DNA of 64,000 nt from a virus. Lineage: Duplodnaviria > Caudoviricetes. The DNA lies in IMG/VR virus record IMGVR_UViG_3300037067_027683, positions 38,385 to 102,384 of that record. The stretch is one strand, 5' to 3'. The position numbers and the translations under genes were made by a program. The first letter of the stretch is position 1. Each line of letters begins with the position of its first letter. The notes beneath the pieces were generated by a model, which was not told where the DNA came from, made no database searches, and saw only the letters and a list, made by a program, of their open reading frames with translations. Below are positions 1 to 10,936 of the stretch, piece after piece.

Positions 1-41
1 CCCTACAAGACATTTGGAAAGTTGTCCAGATATTCCAGAAA

Positions 42-437
42 GTGATCCCAAAAAATGTTGTTGAAATATCATGTGATTTGCCATGGAATGATCCTGAAAC
101 TAAGAAAAGTGGTGTCGATAAGGTAATAGGTACTACGGTTGATTCATCAATGCGCCAACTTTTAATTGATGGATTAGATGTAGTAAAAAAGCGTCTAGAA
201 TCTCAAAATAAACTAAAAGAACAAATTGAGCAAGCTTCTAAAGACGATGAATTTCCGATTAGTCTTACTGCTTGGGATGTTGATTCGATGAGATTCCACG
301 TTGATTCGTTAATAGAACGTAAGCTTGGTGGTAAAAGGCGTGGTCTGGTGATTTATTGGAAGATTGAGGAAGGAGAATTTGAATTTGAGCCATATCAAGG
401 AAAGCTATATAAGGTAGAGACCAAAAATGAAACGTGA
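42..437 (+). CDS. hypothetical protein (may be 5'-truncated by window edge)
   Basis: 131-aa ORF overlapping the next start; no recognised motif. Confidence 0.6.
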   Translation: MIPKNVVEISCDLPWNDPETKKSGVDKVIGTTVDSSMRQLLIDGLDVVKKRLESQNKLKEQIEQASKDDEFPISLTAWDVDSMRFHVDSLIERKLGGKRRGLVIYWKIEEGEFEFEPYQGKLYKVETKNET

Positions 438-753
438 AGCATCAGTCATATCATCTCCGACATATCTAGATGGGGCTGAGATAGCCCGCTATAGAAGTCT
501 AGGTGTTTGGACTCCTAAAGTTGGTGATTTTATTATATGGCATGGTTTCTTCAAGAGATGGTATGGTATAATTCATGATGTAAGTGGCGATCGTCTAATG
601 ATTATTAGAGAACATTTGCCAAAATTGTTGTTTTCTTTACCTTCTAGCGAATACAAAACGAATTCTATTGAATTATCGTCCGGAATAATTCGTTCGTCAC
701 GTGGTGGAGAATACGCAATACTGCAAGATGGGGCTTGGTATATTGATGAGTAA
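427..753 (+). CDS. hypothetical protein
   Basis: 108-aa ORF tightly coupled to its neighbours. Confidence 0.65.
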   Translation: MKREASVISSPTYLDGAEIARYRSLGVWTPKVGDFIIWHGFFKRWYGIIHDVSGDRLMIIREHLPKLLFSLPSSEYKTNSIELSSGIIRSSRGGEYAILQDGAWYIDE

Positions 754-1312
754 GGTAATTAACATACCTGATGTATTACCTTACCCAAAATTGTATCAAC
801 TGAAGGATATCCCCGAATTTAAAAACAAATTCTGTTATATATTGAAATCTTTCCCAGACAATGGTTTATCGGTGCTTATTCTACGAGATAAGGGAGATAT
901 ATGTGTACGCATGGGCGATTTTTCCGGTAACATTATTGACCTTAACCAACCTAATGATTATGTCAAGCAAGTTTCTGGATTTTTATCGAAGATTGTGACC
1001 ACAATGCGTTGTATAGCTATCCCAAAAGCAATCTTTTACTTTTCTAATGATAATGGTGTGGCTAGATTAGTTGATATGCGTCTGAATACTAATAAATTTT
1101 GTGGTCCTGGATATTTATATGACTTTTTTGGGAAGCAGGATATACCAGTACAAGTTAGAATTGGGGAACCAATTATTTTAGATGACACTGTAATTTCTGA
1201 TCTATTGTGTCATCAGAATGCTTATAAAGATAATTGCGTAATTAAGCCGTCAGCGTTCAAAACTATTATTAGAGAAGATCAAATAGTCCCGTTATACGGA
1301 GTTACTTCGTGA
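746..1312 (+). CDS. hypothetical protein
   Basis: ORF 701-1312; ATG at 746 overlaps the upstream stop. Confidence 0.65.
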   Translation: MSKVINIPDVLPYPKLYQLKDIPEFKNKFCYILKSFPDNGLSVLILRDKGDICVRMGDFSGNIIDLNQPNDYVKQVSGFLSKIVTTMRCIAIPKAIFYFSNDNGVARLVDMRLNTNKFCGPGYLYDFFGKQDIPVQVRIGEPIILDDTVISDLLCHQNAYKDNCVIKPSAFKTIIREDQIVPLYGVTS

Positions 1313-1581
1313 AACTTAAAATGCTACACGAATGTACGACTACTGGTGCTTTGGCCATGACTCCTGGTCCAATATCACCAGTTGTTAAGAAACGCAAAAA
1401 GAAGAAATATTTTGCAGAGGATACTTTTATAGAGGACACAAGATCTTTACCACATAAAGTTAAGACTAACACAAAGGAAATTGCGCAAGACACCGCACAA
1501 AGGACAAGTGGTCCCCCAATTCTAAGCCCGACTGGTAAGAGGTATGGACCAGGTAAAGTGCCCGTAAAGAAATATTATTAA
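1309..1581 (+). CDS. small basic hypothetical protein
   Basis: GTGA start/stop overlap; Lys-rich. Confidence 0.55.
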   Translation: MKLKMLHECTTTGALAMTPGPISPVVKKRKKKKYFAEDTFIEDTRSLPHKVKTNTKEIAQDTAQRTSGPPILSPTGKRYGPGKVPVKKYY

Positions 1582-1614
1582 AAATTTAAAGTATTTAAAG
1601 TCGGAGGATAACAC

Positions 1615-2145
1615 ATGGTTATCTTTATGGCTGGTCACCCGTTTTCTGGTAAATCATTCATAGTGTCCATGATTAAAGAAGCACTCGGAACCATTGGGAT
1701 AGTGCCGATGGTAATTGATCCAAAGACATTTCGTGATAGTAATTACGATATTTTAGATGAAGATTCAAAAAGAGATATGAATTTGGCGGCATGGGAGGTT
1801 TCTCAGGAAGTACTTGATGAGTATGTTGTTGACAATATGAATGATATTATAATCTATGACACTGCCTGTGCGTCCTATCAAAGAATGGAACCTCATTTTA
1901 AGCATGCTAGGGATCACAACCATAAAATTCTCTATGTTATGGTTACTGCTTCATTAGATGTGTGTAAAAAAAGAGCTGGTAAAAATTGGTTATCTGAAGA
2001 GGTTCTTAAGAAATATGATGTTAGTTTTTCTGTATACACAGATCAATTTTCGGGGTTGGCTGATAAAACAGTTTTTATTAAAAATGATTTTGATAGGCCA
2101 CCTAACATAAATAAAGTTATTGAGGCGGTGATGGAATGCCAATGA
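1615..2145 (+). CDS. P-loop kinase (AAA_33/zeta-toxin-like nucleotide kinase fold)
   Basis: N-terminal Walker A GHPFSGKS, IIYD strand, CxxR lid motif; GGAGG RBS. Confidence 0.8.
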   Translation: MVIFMAGHPFSGKSFIVSMIKEALGTIGIVPMVIDPKTFRDSNYDILDEDSKRDMNLAAWEVSQEVLDEYVVDNMNDIIIYDTACASYQRMEPHFKHARDHNHKILYVMVTASLDVCKKRAGKNWLSEEVLKKYDVSFSVYTDQFSGLADKTVFIKNDFDRPPNINKVIEAVMECQ

Positions 2146-4025
2146 TTGAATTTGTTAATCCAACAGGTCATTCTATTGTGCTTGCAGGTCCTAATGGTGA
2201 ACAGATACATTTAAAGAAGTTCGAAAGAAGGACAATGTCAGATTATTTCAAAAAGTATGCTCCTCGTTATTTGAAAATCATAAAGATGGTTAATACACCA
2301 CCAGCTCAACCAAGACAATTTGCAAGACCCCCGATAATCAATCCGACACAAATACGTAGAGAAGCACCAACAACACGACCGACAGTAACTCAGCAAACAT
2401 CTACTCGCCAGAATAAGCCGGTGATTGTTAAAATTAAACAATCACCAGTCCAAAGAATTGTGCGTTCACAAATCGTTGGTAGAACAGCAATGGTGGCTGA
2501 ACGTGCGACAGCGTATTATCGTGATTTAATGTCTAGAATTAAAGTTTCGATCTCAAATGATATTGGTGTTGGCATATTAAGCTTCAATCGCAAAGATTCT
2601 GTGTCACGTCTTGTTGAATCTATTAGAAAATTCACTGACTTGAGTAAGACAACTGTTTTTATTAGTGATGAATCGACCGATGCGCCAACTAAGGATTACA
2701 TAAGAACTATCAAAGACATGGTTGTTTTGGATAATCCAAATAGACTTGGTGTGGCTGGTAATACAAATAGATTGCTGAGATGTCTTGAACGTTTTAGGTT
2801 CAAATTGATTTTAAATGATGATGTGGAGATTATTGCTTCTGGTTGGGAAAATCTCTATTCTTATGCTATGAACGTTACTGGATATCATCATTTTTGTATG
2901 CGTCAACCTGGAATTTGTGGTGCGACGATTTCTGACGGCATAATTCAGGACATTAAGGGAATTAAAGTTCAGACTATACAAGAGAAACCTCAAGGTGCCA
3001 TTTTTGCTTATGATAATGTGGCTCACAACACAGTGGGTTATTTTGATGAGAATTTCGGGACATATGGCATGGAGCATGTTGATTGGTCCAATCGAGTCTG
3101 TATAAGTGGTATACAACCACACGGTTTCCATGATGTAATTGGTTCTGAACACTTTTTTAAATTACATAGCGATAAATCGGCAGTTGAGGATAGAGTTAAA
3201 TATTTAGCTTCTGCGAAGAAAATTTTTGAATCAGTACGGGACAATAAATCTCGTGTTTACATATCGCCAAGCGATAAATCAATAGTACCAACAGTATCTT
3301 ATATCATCCCTTTTCGGGGGATTGACCGAGGTAGTGCCATCAAAGTAGTTTTACAGAATATTAAAGCACAATTATTCCCAGCAATAGAAATCGTAATGGC
3401 AGAACAAGATTCAGACACAAGAATATCGATACCAGAATTTAATAGTGTTAAATATGTTTTAGCTAAAGCTAATTTGCCATTTACTAAAGCGCTTGCATTC
3501 AATCTTGGATCGTCCAAGACTACTAGTAAATTCTTGATTTTGCATGATGCTGATATGTTAGTACAAGACGACTATACACAATTCATGTATAATCTTTTAC
3601 AAAATCATGATGGTGTTCATGTTGGTAAGAGTGTGCTGTATTTATCAAATGACGCTACTAATAGAGTTGTTTCTACACAAAAGATGGCTAACGATTTGCG
3701 TATGGATCGTAGTGTTGATTATTTCGAAGGCGGATCACTTGGGTGTAGGCGAGATATTTATATCAACATTGGTGGTTTTTGTGAAGATTTTGTTGGGTAT
3801 GGCAACGAAGATTGTGAATTTTTTGATAGATTGGCAAAATCATGTAGGTTTTATAACACCAGAACATATGATTTTATTCATATGTGGCATGGTAGGACAC
3901 CTGGTTGGAAAGAGTGCCACGAAAAGAATAAATTAATTGAGGGCAGATTAAAGAGAATGGCTATCCAAGACCGTGTGGCATATATTAAAAGAGCAATTGT
4001 AAAATATGGCTTAATTACTCATTAG
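2136..4025 (+). CDS. two-domain family 2 glycosyltransferase
   Basis: two GT-A modules (GILSFNR..ISDES..LNDD and SYIIPFR..EQD..LHDAD..GYGNED..HMWH) after a Pro/Thr-rich linker. Confidence 0.85.
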   Translation: MPMIEFVNPTGHSIVLAGPNGEQIHLKKFERRTMSDYFKKYAPRYLKIIKMVNTPPAQPRQFARPPIINPTQIRREAPTTRPTVTQQTSTRQNKPVIVKIKQSPVQRIVRSQIVGRTAMVAERATAYYRDLMSRIKVSISNDIGVGILSFNRKDSVSRLVESIRKFTDLSKTTVFISDESTDAPTKDYIRTIKDMVVLDNPNRLGVAGNTNRLLRCLERFRFKLILNDDVEIIASGWENLYSYAMNVTGYHHFCMRQPGICGATISDGIIQDIKGIKVQTIQEKPQGAIFAYDNVAHNTVGYFDENFGTYGMEHVDWSNRVCISGIQPHGFHDVIGSEHFFKLHSDKSAVEDRVKYLASAKKIFESVRDNKSRVYISPSDKSIVPTVSYIIPFRGIDRGSAIKVVLQNIKAQLFPAIEIVMAEQDSDTRISIPEFNSVKYVLAKANLPFTKALAFNLGSSKTTSKFLILHDADMLVQDDYTQFMYNLLQNHDGVHVGKSVLYLSNDATNRVVSTQKMANDLRMDRSVDYFEGGSLGCRRDIYINIGGFCEDFVGYGNEDCEFFDRLAKSCRFYNTRTYDFIHMWHGRTPGWKECHEKNKLIEGRLKRMAIQDRVAYIKRAIVKYGLITH

Positions 4026-4389
4026 AATGTCCTTCTTGTTTATCCAATTGTAATTCTTGCATTACTCGATCTCTAAGTACGAGCGCAGCAGCACGTGCGA
4101 TCTTGGCGCATGTATAATTGTTTCCATTGCCCATTACAAATGGAGTTTTCATACAAGGATGGAGAATACTCATTTGGAATGTTGTTACACCATGTTTTGA
4201 TAACACCTCAGATACCTGTTTTTGTACTGTGTCTAACCATTCTTCTAAAACTATCACAGCTTTTTTGCGGTCATCGACATTTTCGATCTTACGCGGGTCT
4301 ATTTCCCATGGCTTCAAATTGTTAAAGTTGGACACTTTGGTTGGAGTTTCTGATGCTCCATTTGGTTGATTTGCTGATTCTTCGGCCAT
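4015..4389 (-). CDS. hypothetical protein
   Basis: 124-aa ORF with GGAG RBS on the minus strand. Confidence 0.7.
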   Translation of the reverse strand: MAEESANQPNGASETPTKVSNFNNLKPWEIDPRKIENVDDRKKAVIVLEEWLDTVQKQVSEVLSKHGVTTFQMSILHPCMKTPFVMGNGNNYTCAKIARAAALVLRDRVMQELQLDKQEGHSNE

Positions 4390-4441
4390 TTGGTTTCTCC
4401 GGTATTTGAGGTTTCGGCTGCGTTTATTTACGGAGGTAAAA

Positions 4442-5086
4442 ATGCTAGTAATAGAAGACGAAATGATCGAATCACAAGAGAGGAAAGTTCTACATGCGTA
4501 TCAAATTTTTAAGCAGAAAATGGCACAATGCGGGAAAATGATATCTTTCCCAAAAAACACAGACCCACGTAAAACATATAGTTGGCGTTATGTGCTTAAT
4601 TTTGTTAAAAAGTTCGACGAGAATGAATTGCCTAACGAATCAATGACTATGGTAATAGGAGCTATAATCAAGCATGCAAATGAACGAGGGATGATTGATC
4701 GTGGATTTGCTATTCTTGGCCATGGTGACTTATTATCAATTATCCATCAGAAATTAGCACATGATGTTAATGAAGAACATGATATATTGATGCTTGTGTC
4801 TAAATCACATGAGTTTCTGACTCAACAAGATAAAGGAGCATTGACTAATTATTCTACAAGGAATGGTTTTGCGAATATAACGCGCTGGTATGAATCTGGA
4901 CATCTTGATATTAATCATATTGCAATATCTAAAATATGTCGTAGATCCCTGAACGCTATTAAAAGTCATGAAAGAGGATTATTCCCAGATACTAAGAGTC
5001 TATATAAGCTTCGACTTAAGTTGATTAATTCACCTTTGTTAGGTAAATTAAGAGAGATTTTGGGTGATGATTTGTTTGAGGAGTAG
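4442..5086 (+). CDS. hypothetical protein
   Basis: GGAGGT RBS before ATG 4442; coupled to the RNR gene. Confidence 0.7.
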   Translation: MLVIEDEMIESQERKVLHAYQIFKQKMAQCGKMISFPKNTDPRKTYSWRYVLNFVKKFDENELPNESMTMVIGAIIKHANERGMIDRGFAILGHGDLLSIIHQKLAHDVNEEHDILMLVSKSHEFLTQQDKGALTNYSTRNGFANITRWYESGHLDINHIAISKICRRSLNAIKSHERGLFPDTKSLYKLRLKLINSPLLGKLREILGDDLFEE

Positions 5087-5088
5087 AC

Positions 5089-7368
5089 ATGGCGACTCGT
5101 GAAGAAGCGTACAAAGCAACTTTAGCTGAAGTTGAAGACGACTTAGCTGCTAATGTTTTTATTAATAAATATCTTCTTGTTAAAGATAATAATTATTTGG
5201 AAACCACACCAACACAAATATGGCATAGATTATCTAAAGCAAATGCAGCAGCTGAGCAGCCCAAATTAAGTATGGAATTTTCATCTGCATTTTATGAAAT
5301 GATGTCGAATTGTAGGTTTGTCCCAGGTGGTAGAATCATATATGGTTTGGGTAATGATGCTAATATAACTTTGAAAAATTGCTATGTGATTGCGATTCGA
5401 GAAGATTCAATTAAAGGAATTTTTACTGCTAATTATGAAATAGCAGAGACATTTAAAGCGGGTGGTGGGTCTGGAACAGATATTAGCATATTGCGTCCAA
5501 AAGGATCTATCGTCAATAATGCTGCTCGCGTTTCTAGTGGTTCTGTTTCGTTTATGCATCTATTCAGTCAGATTGCTGGGACAATCGGGCAGCATGGAAG
5601 AATAGGCGCATTATTGATTAGTATGATTGATCATCATCCAGATATTTTCGATTTTATTAAGGTTAAAGGCGATGCATTAGAAGCAGTTAGTAATGCCAAC
5701 ATATCAGTTAAAATTACCGATAAACTTCTAAGTGCAGTTGAGGTAGACGGAGATTTTGATTTACATTGGGGAGGTAAGGTCTACCGCACTATTAAAGCTC
5801 GTCAATTGTGGGATTCTATTATACATTATGCTTGGAAGAGGGCCGAACCAGGTTTACTTTTTTGGGATACTATTAGGAGAGATGGTCCAGCTGAACAATA
5901 TGAAAAATTTCAGACTTTAACTACTAATCCGTGTGGTGAGGCTACATTGAGTGATGGAGATTCATGTAATCTTGGATCTCTTAATTTTGGAAGATATGTC
6001 CGCAATTCTTTTGAGAAAAATGCTGATTTTGATATTCATTTGTTTAAAAATGATATTCGTAAATCTGTCAGATTCCTTGATAATATTATAACTCTTGATA
6101 GATCTCCACTTCCATTCCAACAATGGGCTAACGATCATGGCAGGAGACTTGGACTTGGTATAATGGGAATGGCAGATGCTTTCATGCGTCTAGGTATAAA
6201 ATACGATTCAGAAGAAGCTTATATTAAAGCTGAAGAAATTATGAATGTTTTCAGAGATACATCATATGAAGCATCGTGTGAGTTAGCGAAAGAGAAAGGA
6301 TCATTCTCAGAATTTGATGCTAAGAGACACATGAATTCACCATTTATTCAGAGACTTCCTGATCATATTAAATCAATGATTGAAAAGACTGGAATTAGGA
6401 ATGTTGCTATTCATGCTATCGCTCCAACCGGATCTCTTAGTTGCATAGCCAAATGTTCGGGTGCTATTGAGCCAGTGTTTAAAGTTCGCTACTTTAGAAA
6501 GACTAACCTTGGCACGGCTAAGGAAGTTAAAGAGTTTGAAGTTTTACATCAAGTGGCTAAAGAATATGTGGAGAAGTTTGGTAATAAGGAATTACCATCA
6601 TACTTCATGGGTGCTCACGAAGTTCCTCCTATGGCTAGAATTAAATTACAAAGCATGGTTCAGAAATATATTGACCAGGCGATTTCTAACACTGTTAATT
6701 TGCCCGAAAATTGTACTGAACGTCAGATTAGTGATATTTATTTCCAAGCTTGGAAGAATGGATTGAAGGGCATCACCGTTTATCGCGAAGGTTCACGCCA
6801 GAATGTATTGTCATCTAAATCATCTAAGGATGCTACAGATAAAATCGTGGTCCACAACGCACCCAAGCGTCCAGATTCGTTAGATGGTGTGGTACATGTG
6901 ATTAAACCAAATGGCAAGCGTTACGCTGTGTTTGTCGGTTTAATGGGTGAGCGTCCCTATGAAGTTTTCGCTTTAGATCATAAGTTGACTGGTCTTGAAG
7001 ATGGGATGCGTGGTAAAATCGTTAAAGAGAAGGCAGACAAGACTCAGAATTATTATCATTTTGAAAGTGGTCCATTGATGGTCAGAAAATTGAATAATTT
7101 CGAAGATGATGAAGCATCACTGATCACTAGAATGATTTCCACCGCATTGAGGCACGGAACTCCGTTAGAATTCTTGATTGATCAGATTAATAAATCTAAG
7201 GCTGGCTTCCACTCCTTCGCCCGTGCAATTGCTCGTGCGTTGTCTTTGTATTTGAAGCAAGAAGAGGTTGCTGGTAAATTTAAATGCCATAAATGTGGTA
7301 GTACGAACATTAAATGGTCTGGAACATGTTGTACTTGTCTTGATTGTCAGGAGAGTAAGTGCTCGTGA
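5089..7368 (+). CDS. nrdJ: class II (adenosylcobalamin-dependent) ribonucleotide reductase with C-terminal TSCPD/Zn-ribbon
   Basis: FVPGGR, NCYV, TNPCGE, CNLGS, APTGS, KGITVYREGSR motifs; C-terminal PKRP..RPYEVF domain and CxxC..CxxC. Confidence 0.92.
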   Translation: MATREEAYKATLAEVEDDLAANVFINKYLLVKDNNYLETTPTQIWHRLSKANAAAEQPKLSMEFSSAFYEMMSNCRFVPGGRIIYGLGNDANITLKNCYVIAIREDSIKGIFTANYEIAETFKAGGGSGTDISILRPKGSIVNNAARVSSGSVSFMHLFSQIAGTIGQHGRIGALLISMIDHHPDIFDFIKVKGDALEAVSNANISVKITDKLLSAVEVDGDFDLHWGGKVYRTIKARQLWDSIIHYAWKRAEPGLLFWDTIRRDGPAEQYEKFQTLTTNPCGEATLSDGDSCNLGSLNFGRYVRNSFEKNADFDIHLFKNDIRKSVRFLDNIITLDRSPLPFQQWANDHGRRLGLGIMGMADAFMRLGIKYDSEEAYIKAEEIMNVFRDTSYEASCELAKEKGSFSEFDAKRHMNSPFIQRLPDHIKSMIEKTGIRNVAIHAIAPTGSLSCIAKCSGAIEPVFKVRYFRKTNLGTAKEVKEFEVLHQVAKEYVEKFGNKELPSYFMGAHEVPPMARIKLQSMVQKYIDQAISNTVNLPENCTERQISDIYFQAWKNGLKGITVYREGSRQNVLSSKSSKDATDKIVVHNAPKRPDSLDGVVHVIKPNGKRYAVFVGLMGERPYEVFALDHKLTGLEDGMRGKIVKEKADKTQNYYHFESGPLMVRKLNNFEDDEASLITRMISTALRHGTPLEFLIDQINKSKAGFHSFARAIARALSLYLKQEEVAGKFKCHKCGSTNIKWSGTCCTCLDCQESKCS

Positions 7369-8387
7369 GTATCAAACTGTCACCGGACCAAATAGAAAGA
7401 TGGGTAGCGAGGCATTTTAAATTTAAGAGAAGAAGTCACGGTAATCAATTAGCTATTAATAATCCTTTCATAGACGATGATGATTATCATTTTTGGATAT
7501 CGACCAAGGAAGATGTTCTAACCAATGGCCCAAGAAAGGGTGCTAAGGGATATTGGGTCCACGATTTCCGACCAGGATGTCATCAATATGATGGTTCATT
7601 CCTAAATTTCGTGCGTCGTTATAAAAACATCACTTTCTTTGAGGCGGCTGCTGATGTATGTGGTGGGGATGCCAAAAGTGTAAGAGAATCGTTCCGGCAA
7701 ATAAGAGCTGGCCTTCAGAATATCAAGGAAGAAGAGTCTGAAGTCGAGACAATTATCGAATTGCCACCTCTGAGTGTTAGTTTTTCTGAAAAGAATAATA
7801 CTAAACTCAGAGAGATATCTCTGAATTATCTCAATAAGCGTAGGGTGTCTGAGAATCTTGCAATTAAATATGGTCTAATGTATACACCAAGCTCAATTGT
7901 GTTTCCTTATCTAGAATATGGATTATTGGTGTATTGGCAAGAGCGGAGTATATGCAATAAACGATTTAATTTTCCTGATGAAGTTAAGACAGGTCTCAGA
8001 AAGACTGATTATTTGTTTAATTTTGATAATGTCGAAGTATCAAGTGATTTAATAATAGTCGAATCAATATTTAATTCTATTAGTGTTGGTGACAATTGTG
8101 TGGCCACTGGAGGGGCTACTATAGTGGGGAATCAAGTACGAAAAATAGGTTATTTAAATCCTAAAAATGTGATTCTGGCTCCAGACCATGATGAAGCTGG
8201 TCTTAAATCTTTACATGATAATTTCTTTGAACTTAAGGATAAATACCCATTAGCTTATTGCTTGCCGCCTAAAGATGTGGATTGGAATGATCTTGAACAG
8301 CAGAATGGTCTTGGGGCTTCACGTCATTATATCGAAACCCACACCCATAGGCTTACTTTATCGACTCTGTTGAAGTTGGCTGCTTAA
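7365..8387 (+). CDS. DNA primase (TOPRIM, gp61/DnaG-like)
   Basis: YLxxR, IVFPY..WQER, IIVES, APDHDEAG (DxD), DWND. Confidence 0.85.
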   Translation: MSIKLSPDQIERWVARHFKFKRRSHGNQLAINNPFIDDDDYHFWISTKEDVLTNGPRKGAKGYWVHDFRPGCHQYDGSFLNFVRRYKNITFFEAAADVCGGDAKSVRESFRQIRAGLQNIKEEESEVETIIELPPLSVSFSEKNNTKLREISLNYLNKRRVSENLAIKYGLMYTPSSIVFPYLEYGLLVYWQERSICNKRFNFPDEVKTGLRKTDYLFNFDNVEVSSDLIIVESIFNSISVGDNCVATGGATIVGNQVRKIGYLNPKNVILAPDHDEAGLKSLHDNFFELKDKYPLAYCLPPKDVDWNDLEQQNGLGASRHYIETHTHRLTLSTLLKLAA

Positions 8388-8703
8388 GTTTCTGTTCTAA
8401 TCCTTTTAATCCAAGATTTTTCACAACAAATAATTTATTACTATCAAAAGTTCTATAGGTGTCCCTATTGTTATTAAATATTGAAGTCATGTTGGTTTTG
8501 AACCATTGCATAGCATCGCCAATATTGAGTTGTCGCAAAATATTAAGATTAGCTCTAATGATTGCGATTTCATGATCCAATATTTTATCGGCGACAAAAG
8601 CTAGTGTCTTTCCATTACTCTGCCCGAGGTATAGCAATAGGTAGAATTCGTGCGGATTTTTCACTTCATATCTAGCCCATATTAATTCAAAATTTTGAAC
8701 CAT
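8353..8703 (-). CDS. hypothetical protein
   Basis: 116-aa ORF abutting the next minus-strand gene. Confidence 0.65.
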   Translation of the reverse strand: MVQNFELIWARYEVKNPHEFYLLLYLGQSNGKTLAFVADKILDHEIAIIRANLNILRQLNIGDAMQWFKTNMTSIFNNNRDTYRTFDSNKLFVVKNLGLKGLEQKLKQPTSTESIK

Positions 8704-9543
8704 TTAAATATCCTCGTCTTGAAATTTGATGGCTTTATTATGTGCGTAGAAGAACCAATAAATTGAATTAAGCGCGATCAACACGCTAATAATCATAAGA
8801 TCAATGTGGGAACCATAGGTGCCACCATAATATCCTCTAACTGGGTAAGTCGTATCATAATCTTTAGTTAGAGTCTCTCCTTTAGATGCGTCATTGTTAT
8901 ATTTATTATAGTTTAGAACTCTTTTCATCTCAACCATTTGAGATCCAATTCCGCCAAAGTCGTTGACGACGAAATCGTTAGTTTTCATGGTATCTGTATT
9001 TCTTACTTTAATCGTGACTGGCCCCATTTTGGGTGTGTTTGGTGATGTACTCAAGTAGAAGATGCAGTTCTTCCCATCGACGGGACCAATTACGTATATT
9101 GGTGGACCTTCGACTATTGGTTTGTCACAGTATTCCCAGGTATGTCCATTAATCCAATTAGCTTCAAAGACGCAGCCAGCAATTGGGGGTTTAAAGAAAG
9201 TCATTTTATTGTATCTGATTTGGTAGTCATAAGTATCACGAGGATGCATAAATTGGTCTGGGTTTTCTTGGTAATTGTCTTGTTGTTCCTTCAGATAAGA
9301 ATCGAACATAATGGGAGCGATGAAACACCACCAGACTCCTATGCCAATAAAGAACGATTCTCTTGGGCCAGGAATAATCCAGGCACGAGATGGTTTGATC
9401 AAAAGCCTAGTCAGGAAAACCACCAAATAGCCTGTTACGGTGAAGATGAAACCAGCAATGGCTACGGTTAGTAAAGCCCTTAGAATAAAGGCTCGGTGTT
9501 TGCCGATTTGGTCGTCGTAGTGTTTAATTTCTGTCTGACTCAT
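8704..9543 (-). CDS. putative membrane protein
   Basis: two N-terminal and one C-terminal hydrophobic segments; GGAGG RBS. Confidence 0.7.
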   Translation of the reverse strand: MSQTEIKHYDDQIGKHRAFILRALLTVAIAGFIFTVTGYLVVFLTRLLIKPSRAWIIPGPRESFFIGIGVWWCFIAPIMFDSYLKEQQDNYQENPDQFMHPRDTYDYQIRYNKMTFFKPPIAGCVFEANWINGHTWEYCDKPIVEGPPIYVIGPVDGKNCIFYLSTSPNTPKMGPVTIKVRNTDTMKTNDFVVNDFGGIGSQMVEMKRVLNYNKYNNDASKGETLTKDYDTTYPVRGYYGGTYGSHIDLMIISVLIALNSIYWFFYAHNKAIKFQDEDI

Positions 9544-9615
9544 TTGTTATTCCTCCCAATCTAATATATCTCTGGAATGAGTCCTGTAAAGAAGATAAAT
9601 ACATAAGGTGATAAA

Positions 9616-10902
9616 ATGGGCCAACCAAACGTATCTCACGCCCCTAGACTTTTCCTATCAATAGGCGATGGTCAAGATGCTGGATATATGTTCGAGAAAT
9701 TTGAATGGAAGTCGTTTATTAATGAGGGTTATGTCGTACGTGCTAAATTAATAGACCCATATTGGAATATTATTCGTGATCTGGCAACAACAACATATTT
9801 AAGTCAGGGCAGAAGGAAACCTACCAAGGTTACATGGGAAATTGAATGGCCGACCAATGAAAAGACAGGTAAACATATTGGTTATATTACAGATCTAGAT
9901 GCACGTGGGATAAATTCAGGTGGTAAACTTGAATTTATTGCCGTAGACCCACCATCTTATTGGCTAAATGCTGGGGATTCTTCTGGTAAACAATTTGAAG
10001 GGAATTTAACCAAAGTAATTGAGGACGTAATCAATCAATATTTCATTGGCCCAAATGGGAATGGTAAAAAAGAGGTAAGCCAGACATCGGACGACCAAAA
10101 AGGTTCTTGGTGGATGATGAGAATGGACCCCAAGACCTTTTTAAGTTCTTTACTTGAATGGTCTGCGTCTCTTACTAAAGGCAAGACTAATTGGATTGTT
10201 TCAAGCAGTGGTAGCGTTGAAGATGAGCCAACAATTTGGGTAAAAGAGCAAGCAGATCGTAAATCTGAGGATTATGGGTTATATGTACTTGATATGAATA
10301 CGCCCGCAGCAAATGATGCTTATAATTTCGAATTTTTATCAGACAATTTCATTTCAGTCTTTCAGAGACAGATGATAACTCAGGGTATTTCTAGGACATC
10401 GGGTAAATTTTATGATAGGATCACCGACCAAGATAGAAAAATTGTCCATGTCGATGACACCACAACTGGCGAGAAAAAGAAAGTTGATATCGATGCTGAG
10501 CATGGTTTTGCGAAACCAGGAGCTGTTCCTAGTGCGATGGGGACGCCACATGAATGGTCAACTTCGTTAATGGCTGTGCCGCAACACAACGCTGGGGACA
10601 TAGGTGTCAAGTATAAAGATTATATAGATGGTCGTGCTCGTAGTGTGTTCCTAAATATGCTTCGTTTTGTAATGCGTATTAAGCTGCGTGTAAATGGTGA
10701 TCCGTCGAAGACATTGGCTAATAGCCATAACCTTGGTGTTTCTAAATTAAAGATTGCTTGGATTGATGGCGATGGTAAATCTTACTTTTTGGATGGCGAA
10801 TGGTTGGTCTATGGTTTTCACCATCTTGTTACTAGGGGCGATTGGTATACAGATTTATATTGTTATAGGACTGATTATGATTCCTCTGGGCAAAATGTTT
10901 AA
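9616..10902 (+). CDS. baseplate hub protein (gp27/P2 gpD-like)
   Basis: size, position before tape measure, C-terminal GEWLVYGFHHLV..WYTDL motif. Confidence 0.65.
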   Translation: MGQPNVSHAPRLFLSIGDGQDAGYMFEKFEWKSFINEGYVVRAKLIDPYWNIIRDLATTTYLSQGRRKPTKVTWEIEWPTNEKTGKHIGYITDLDARGINSGGKLEFIAVDPPSYWLNAGDSSGKQFEGNLTKVIEDVINQYFIGPNGNGKKEVSQTSDDQKGSWWMMRMDPKTFLSSLLEWSASLTKGKTNWIVSSSGSVEDEPTIWVKEQADRKSEDYGLYVLDMNTPAANDAYNFEFLSDNFISVFQRQMITQGISRTSGKFYDRITDQDRKIVHVDDTTTGEKKKVDIDAEHGFAKPGAVPSAMGTPHEWSTSLMAVPQHNAGDIGVKYKDYIDGRARSVFLNMLRFVMRIKLRVNGDPSKTLANSHNLGVSKLKIAWIDGDGKSYFLDGEWLVYGFHHLVTRGDWYTDLYCYRTDYDSSGQNV

Positions 10903-10936
10903 TGGGTATCAAAACTAATTTAGTGGAGTGTTGAGA

